Of a stretch of 32,000 nucleotides of DNA, positions 27,558 to 32,000 are shown piece after piece. The stretch is from Okeania sp. Lineage in GTDB: Bacteria; Cyanobacteriota; Cyanobacteriia; Cyanobacteriales; Microcoleaceae. The position numbers and the translations under genes were made by a program. The notes below the pieces were generated by a model. The model was not told the DNA's origin and did no database searches. It saw only the letters and a list, made by a program, of their open reading frames with translations. How positions within the stretch are numbered: the first letter of the stretch is position 1; every line of letters starts with the position of its first letter. The stretch spans positions 7,598 to 39,597 of the forward strand of contig NZ_JAYKGW010000031.1 in NCBI RefSeq assembly GCF_035285525.1, given 5' to 3'.

Positions 27558-27765
27558 GTAAGCATTCAGCCGTCAGCTATCAGCTATAAGAAGAGTGCTT
27601 TTATCATTCACTAAAAGCAATATTTAACTGAGCTATAAAAATCTTTCTACAAAACTCACCTCTAAAGTTTTTACTCATTTAAACCTCATGTTTAACCACA
27701 GGTTCTTATTCCTGATAGCTGACGGCTAATAGCTGTTTGCGTAGCATTCCGCAGGAAATGCTTAC
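27558..27765. mobile_element. MITE copy of the GTAAGCATTCAGC family
   Basis: The left arm is gtaagcattcagccgtcagctatcagc. The right arm is ctgatagctgacggctaatagctg...gcattccgcaggaaatgcttac. The element is about 208 bp and non-coding. Confidence 0.6.
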
Positions 27766-28135
27766 TTAAATAGGGTTGGCGCTCAAAAGTATTTTAAGGA
27801 GATGGGGAGATAGGGTGATGGGGAGTAATTCTGTTTACCCAACTCTTCCCGAAAATACTAGCTTTTTGATTTTTCACCGATTTCTCTGGAACCGTACCGT
27901 ACCAGACCTACCCAAAAAGTTGCACTTTTTCCGCACCTAAAAAGGCACTTACCTTTATATATCAAAATTTTTAGATTTCTAGCCCGCTTACCCTAAATAG
28001 TATTTTTTTGTCTTCAGTTCCTCATACAGAAATAAATGTTAATTTTCCTTAAAAAAAATCAAAATAAACAGCTATAAAAAAAAATAATCAGAGTATTATA
28101 CATCTTCGCAAAAGAAGCAATAGACAACAGATAAT

Positions 28136-28198
28136 GGGAAGAAATAATTGATATTTATGTACGATAATTGATTCGATTTTTTATTTGTGGAGATGTCT
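28136..28198. mobile_element. Partial (one-ended) copy of the AGACATCTCC MITE
   Basis: gggaagaaataattgata...gattcgattttttatttgtggagatgtct aligns with the reverse complement of the left half of 29673-29760. I found no matching opposite end. Confidence 0.5.
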
Positions 28199-28454
28199 AT
28201 TTTAAATATAAAAAGATTAATATTAAATATTATATATAGCAATTATGATAATAGTGAGATACAAAATTTGAGGTTTGAGGGAACAGAGATATAGAAAAGA
28301 AGAAAAAAAACTTTATTTCATAACTTTCGTAATTCCTATATTTATAAATGTAGCAAAATAAACTTATTATTTTCTATTATCTTTTCTCTACAAAATGCAA
28401 CTTTGTAGTTTAACAGTTGCAGCATATTTCATATCAGTAAAGCACACATTAAGA

Positions 28455-28717
28455 CAGCCTAGAAGGGTGTGTTACAAAGGTTGGGTCTTTAATATTGATG
28501 CTTAACTGTCGATGACAGCCTAGAAGGGTGTGTTACAACTGTCGATGACAGCCTAGAAGGGTGTGTTACAAAGGTTGGGTCTTTAATATTGATGCTTAAC
28601 TGTCGATGACAGCCTAGAAGGGTGTGTTACAACTGTCGATGACAGCCTAGAAGGGTGTGTTACAACTGTCGATGACAGCCTAGAAGGGTGTGTTACAAAG
28701 GTTGGGTCTTTAATATT
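28455..28717. repeat. Higher-order perfect tandem array: six copies of a 23-nt core in 33-bp and 61-bp units
   Basis: The core cagcctagaagggtgtgttacaa starts at 28455, 28516, 28549, 28610, 28643 and 28676. Cores are joined either by ctgtcgatga (33-bp unit) or by aggttgggtctttaatattgatgcttaa plus ctgtcgatga (61-bp unit). The 94-bp superunit 28455-28548 is repeated exactly at 28549-28642. The junctions create five copies of the palindrome ctgtcgatgacag. Confidence 0.95.
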
Positions 28718-28891
28718 TCTAGTTAACTATTCTCGAAAGTGCTGTATGATAATATCTATGTAAATTGTAAAATTTTGTTTCATTTTCAGAAATTAGGTTG
28801 CTATAAATCTCTAAAAGAGTTAATTTTAACAATGCTTCGTAAACTAAAAAAAACTGAATTTTGATTGGGAATTAAGTCTACTAATTAAAAT

Positions 28892-29212
28892 ATGTCTAAG
28901 ATTTATAATGTTGAAATCCATCACCAAGGAAAAACTCACACTATAGAGGTGCCAGAGGATAAAACAATTCTCAAGGCTGCTGAGGAGGCTAAACTAGGTT
29001 TGCCTAATTCATGTAATGCTGGGGTTTGTACTACTTGCGCAGCTCAAATTATTGGAGAGGGTAGTGTAAATCAAAGCGATGGGATGGGTGTTAGTCCAGA
29101 ACTTCAAGGTGAGGGTTATGTGTTATTGTGTGTTGCTTATCCTCGGTCTGATTTAAAGATAGAAACTGGAAAGGAAGATGAGGTTTACACTCGTCAATTT
29201 GCTTCTCCATAA
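28892..29212 (+). CDS. Plant-type [2Fe-2S] ferredoxin paralogue with a short C-terminal extension
   Basis: 106 aa. The cluster ligand pattern is SCNAGVCTTCAAQ ... LLCVAYP. YNVEIHHQGKTHTIEVPEDKTIL and GMGVSPELQGEGYVLLC resemble the minor cyanobacterial Fdx paralogues rather than the main PetF. Confidence 0.9.
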   Translation: MSKIYNVEIHHQGKTHTIEVPEDKTILKAAEEAKLGLPNSCNAGVCTTCAAQIIGEGSVNQSDGMGVSPELQGEGYVLLCVAYPRSDLKIETGKEDEVYTRQFASP

Positions 29213-29344
29213 ATAACTTTGTAGAAACAAGAAGGAAGTAACATCCTTAATTAAGGGGATGAAAAAAAATAAACTTCAGTATTTTAAGCCTCTGACTTTA
29301 TCGCTGACTAAAGAATAACTAATAACAAATAATTGATAACTGAA

Positions 29345-29539
29345 ATGACTACTCATTTTATTAACGCTGAAATTGATCTACAAGAATCACCAGTAAAACT
29401 TAATGAAGAAATTGAAAAAGAGTTAGAAAAAAGAGGTACTCCTCTACGTTGGGCTGTAACAAAAGTAGATACAGAAAAACAAAAAGCTCATGTAGAAGCA
29501 GTAATATTTGAGGAAACAAATTTAACAACTAATTATTAA
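29345..29539 (+). CDS. Small hypothetical protein (64 aa from ATG 29345)
   Basis: MTTHFINAEIDLQESPVKLNEEIEKELEKRGTPLRWAVTKVDTEKQKAHVEAVIF.. is protein-like and lies downstream of the ferredoxin on the same strand. I recognise no family. Confidence 0.45.
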   Translation: MTTHFINAEIDLQESPVKLNEEIEKELEKRGTPLRWAVTKVDTEKQKAHVEAVIFEETNLTTNY

Positions 29540-29672
29540 TTAACTAAAATTTCCAGTCACTTGTTTCAGGGCGTTGCCGTTTAACTATTTAGTGGTTGAG
29601 CAACTACGAACAACTAAGCTTTCAGGTTTTTGAGTAAGTTTGATTAAGTTTGGTTGAGCAGTTGCTATTAAT

Positions 29673-29760
29673 AGACATCTCCAAAAATAAAAAATATAAT
29701 CAATTTTTATCCATAAATTATCAGTTATTCTTCCCTGTTCTCTCTTTTCTGGAGATGTCT
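29673..29760. mobile_element. MITE with AGACATCTCC terminal inverted repeats, 88-bp copy, flanked by AAT/AAT
   Basis: The element runs agacatctccaaaaataaaaaatataatcaatttttatccataaattatcag...ttctggagatgtct. It belongs to the same family as 6363-6475. The 3-bp direct duplication aat lies at 29670-29672 and 29761-29763. Confidence 0.8.
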
Positions 29761-29803
29761 AATAACTGATAACTGATTCGAGAGATTTATTTCAAGTATC
29801 GGT

Positions 29804-29837
29804 ACTGATAACTGATAACTGTTAACTGATAACTGAA
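29804..29837. repeat. STRR-like heptamer tract (ACTGATA)n abutting a start codon
   Basis: The tract reads actgata actgata actgtta actgata actgaa-ATG. The last unit runs into the ATG at 29838. More copies lie at 29764-29778 and 126-140. Confidence 0.8.
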
Positions 29838-30896
29838 ATGATACTACGTCCTTACACAGTAGTCTTAATTATTCCCACGGGTATAGGTGCATCTATTGGT
29901 GGTTATGCTGGTGATGGTTTGCCAGTCGCACGGGCGATCGCTCAAGCCTGTGATACTCTCATCACTCACCCCAATGTCCTGAATGGGGCACAGCTTTATT
30001 GGTCATTGCCTAATGCTCTCTATGTAGAAGGATATGCCCTTGACAAATTTGCTCAAGGATGGTACGGATTACAACCAGTACATCAAAACCGAATAGGTTT
30101 AATTCTAGACCAGGCCATTGAGCCAGAATTGCAACTGCGCCATTTACAAGCTGCTGATGCGACGAGAGCAACTTTGGGTCTAAATCTCACAGACTACATG
30201 GTGACAGATTCCCCATTAGGAGTAGAACTACGACAGTCTGAGTCTGGAGCATCCTGGGGTACAATAGCTAATCCTGATAGTTTACTACGAGCAGCAGATA
30301 CCCTAATTCATAAAGCAAAGGCGGAGGCGATCGCTGTTGTGGCCAGATTTCCTGATGATGAAGGTAGTACAGCATTAGAAGAATATCGTCATGGCCAAGG
30401 AGTTGACCCCCTGGCAGGAGCAGAGGCGGTTATTAGTCATTTAATTGTGAAAACTTTTCAAATTCCTTGCGCCCATGCACCTGCTTTGTTACCTTTACCA
30501 TTAGACCCTAATTTATCACCTCGGTCTGCGGCTGAAGAAATTGGTTATACATTTTTGCCTTGTGTTTTGGTTGGTTTGAGTCGTGCGCCACAGTTCGTGA
30601 AATTAAAAGATGGTTTACCAATTTCTAATAGTATTTGGGCACAACAAGTTGATGCGGTAGTTGTACCTGCTACAGCTTGTGGAGGTAGTGCGGTGATGAG
30701 TTTTAGTCAAACTAGAGCCAAAATTATTACGGTGAGAGAAAATAAAACCCAGATGGAGGTCTTACCTGAAAACTTAGGGATAAAGGCGTTGGAGGTAAAT
30801 TCTTATCTAGAAGTTTTGGGGATATTGGTTGCTGATCGGGCAGGTATTAGTCCAAATGCTTTAAGATCGGAAGTATTATCAATTGGTAGAATATAG
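29838..30896 (+). CDS. Conserved cyanobacterial/plastid-lineage protein (recalled as DUF3326)
   Basis: 352 aa with clearly higher GC than the accessory genes. VVLIIPTGIGASIGGYAGDGLPVARA...THPNVLNGA matches my memory of the DUF3326 N-terminus. The family name is unverified. Confidence 0.65.
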   Translation: MILRPYTVVLIIPTGIGASIGGYAGDGLPVARAIAQACDTLITHPNVLNGAQLYWSLPNALYVEGYALDKFAQGWYGLQPVHQNRIGLILDQAIEPELQLRHLQAADATRATLGLNLTDYMVTDSPLGVELRQSESGASWGTIANPDSLLRAADTLIHKAKAEAIAVVARFPDDEGSTALEEYRHGQGVDPLAGAEAVISHLIVKTFQIPCAHAPALLPLPLDPNLSPRSAAEEIGYTFLPCVLVGLSRAPQFVKLKDGLPISNSIWAQQVDAVVVPATACGGSAVMSFSQTRAKIITVRENKTQMEVLPENLGIKALEVNSYLEVLGILVADRAGISPNALRSEVLSIGRI

Positions 30897-30902
30897 TCAG
30901 GA

Positions 30903-30998
30903 CTGATGCAAAACAACCAAGAAACCGGGTTTATTGCTGTGAGATTGTTGCTCAAACCAAGAAATTTACTTGATAAACTCGGTTTCTGCTTAAGTCCT
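30903..30998. repeat. About 95-bp palindromic element, copy 1 (AGAAACCGGGTTTAT...ATAAACTCGGTTTCT)
   Basis: The internal inverted repeat is agaaaccgggtttat / ataaactcggtttct. It is about 90 percent identical to 31041-31135 in direct orientation. Track ORF 30803..31018 (-) reads through it. Confidence 0.75.
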
Positions 30999-31040
30999 AA
31001 TAGTAACAATAGTAACAAAATTTTTCAATAATAAAACAGA

Positions 31041-31135
31041 ACTTACGCAAAGCAACTAAGAAACCGGGTTTATTGCTTTGAGATTGTTGCTCAAACCAAG
31101 AAATTTACTTGATAAACCCGGTTTCTGCGTAAGTG
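31041..31135. repeat. About 95-bp palindromic element, copy 2, with complete outer arms ACTTACGCA / TGCGTAAGT
   Basis: The element reads acttacgcaaagcaactaagaaaccgggtttattg...caagtaaatt...gataaacccggtttctgcgtaagt, with nested inverted repeats. Confidence 0.75.
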
Positions 31136-31186
31136 CTATAAAAAATAAAATCTATATATTGAGCAAACATCATTAATCCTAGACAA

Positions 31187-31771
31187 GTGACAGAAAAAAA
31201 TCCTGACAGCCCAGAAATTGAACCATTAACTCGCATCCAAGTGTTATTCGCAATGGGAATAACAGCATTAGTATTACTGGCGATATCTAAAATATGCCTG
31301 CTTTTTGGTGTGAATTTATTGCCTGTAACTTTGAATTTGAGGGCATTGTTTTGGGGAATAGCGATCGCTCTAAGTATTACTACTGCTAGTGCGATAATTT
31401 ACCGTGTTTGGCCAGCTTATCGTTGTAGTGCGGACAGATATTTAATGTTAGTGCTAACTCCTCTGTTATGGCCTGATTTAGTCTGGTTGGGTTTGCTTCC
31501 TGGATTAAGTGAAGAGTTATTATTTAGGGGTGTAGTTTTATCTGCTTTGGGATTAGATACATTAGCGTTAGTTGCTTCAAGTGTTTTTTTCGGTGTTTTA
31601 CATTTGAGTGGTAGGGAACAATGGCCTTATATGATTTGGGCAACAATAGTTGGTTTTGTTTTAGGATATAGTGCTTTAGCAACAGGTAATTTATTGATAC
31701 CAATTATTGCTCATGTTTTGACAAATTTGATTTCTAGTAGTGTGTGGAAGTGGGAACATAGGGGAAGTTAA
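31187..31771 (+). CDS. CPBP-family intramembrane glutamic endopeptidase (CAAX protease / Abi family)
   Basis: A multi-TM protein with motif 1 SEELLFRGVV, motif 2 FGVLHL and motif 3 AHVLTNL in the canonical order. The track start is a GTG and the true start is uncertain. Confidence 0.85.
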   Translation: MTEKNPDSPEIEPLTRIQVLFAMGITALVLLAISKICLLFGVNLLPVTLNLRALFWGIAIALSITTASAIIYRVWPAYRCSADRYLMLVLTPLLWPDLVWLGLLPGLSEELLFRGVVLSALGLDTLALVASSVFFGVLHLSGREQWPYMIWATIVGFVLGYSALATGNLLIPIIAHVLTNLISSSVWKWEHRGS

Positions 31772-31772
31772 A

Positions 31773-31905
31773 ATTCCAAAGTCAAAAGTCAAAAGTCAAA
31801 AGTAAGATTTTATAGAAAAATTCCAAATTCCAAAGTCAAAAGTCAAAAGTAAGATTTTATAGAAAAAGTCAACAGTTAAAAGTTAAAAGTTAAAATTCAA
31901 AAGTT
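31773..31905. repeat. STRR-like heptamer tracts (AAAGTCA / AAAGTTA) within a duplication of about 50 bp
   Basis: attccaaagtcaaaagtcaaaagt(caaaagt)aagattttatagaaaaa occurs twice in tandem and is followed by gtcaacagttaaaagttaaaagttaaaa. Confidence 0.8.
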
Positions 31906-32000
31906 ATATTTTACAGAATTACAACTTTAACGTTATAGTAATTTCAGGAAATTATTTCACATATTAAAGTTGGAAAATATTTGTGAAATTTCTAAAGTGA

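Noticed and set aside
28455-28717. CRISPR array or plasmid-type iteron origin
   Set aside because: The sequences between the 23-nt cores are themselves only two repeated variants, so there are no unique spacers. There are no cas genes, no rep gene and no DnaA-box cluster nearby, and the context is chromosomal housekeeping DNA. The adjacent AT-rich tract and the helical-phase spacing are the only origin-like traits.
19129-29288. Inverted 35-bp repeats (19129-19163 and 29253-29288) as boundaries of a 10-kb invertible or mobile segment
   Set aside because: The intervening DNA contains core genes (nagZ, rbfA, ferredoxin) and no recombinase. The repeat looks like one more dispersed intergenic element.
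1-32000. tRNA, rRNA, tmRNA, RNase P RNA or riboswitches in the intergenic regions
   Set aside because: I found no T-loop GGTTCGAATCC-type box and no conserved RNase P or tmRNA signature strings. I saw no purine-riboswitch-like fold upstream of the PRTase gene. This visual scan is not exhaustive, and a covariance-model scan would be needed.

Overview
This is a 32-kb chromosomal segment that looks like a low-GC, filamentous (Nostocales-type) cyanobacterium. The taxon call is inference from four things: many HIP1 octamers (GCGATCGC), heptameric STRR-like repeats, very repeat-rich intergenic DNA, and the gene content (apcD, ndhM, xisH/xisI, Uma2, DUF1400, DUF3148). I support 26 apparently intact CDSs and 3 pseudogenes. 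I recognised no rRNA gene, tRNA gene or CRISPR array. The housekeeping backbone is lpxD, rlmD-like, apcD, uppP, a PP2C phosphatase, ndhM, nagZ-like GH3, rbfA, a plant-type ferredoxin and a CPBP protease. The left 7 kb is a low-GC accessory patch rich in PD-(D/E)XK-type nuclease families. It holds two divergent Uma2 genes, both broken at simple-sequence tracts, an Rpn nuclease/transposase-like gene, xisH-xisI, a secreted TPR protein and a decayed GNAT gene. At least two MITE families are present; precise removal of one copy restores the GNAT reading frame. I see no canonical defence or biosynthetic operon. The best candidates for novelty are: (1) a very AT-rich orphan gene (20687-21967) with three hallmark motifs of plant/fungal BAHD acyltransferases; (2) a perfect higher-order tandem array with a palindromic core inside a 1.8-kb ORF-free region upstream of a ferredoxin gene (28455-28717); (3) a roughly 102-bp-period array of long GC-clamped hairpins between apcD and uppP (11296-11784), which resembles a tandem sRNA or terminator array; (4) a 12 x 14-bp minisatellite grown from one arm of a dispersed hairpin, just upstream of uppP; (5) several dispersed intergenic motifs with consistent orientation or palindromic structure. 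All family assignments come from reading the translated ORFs against remembered family signatures. No database search was run.
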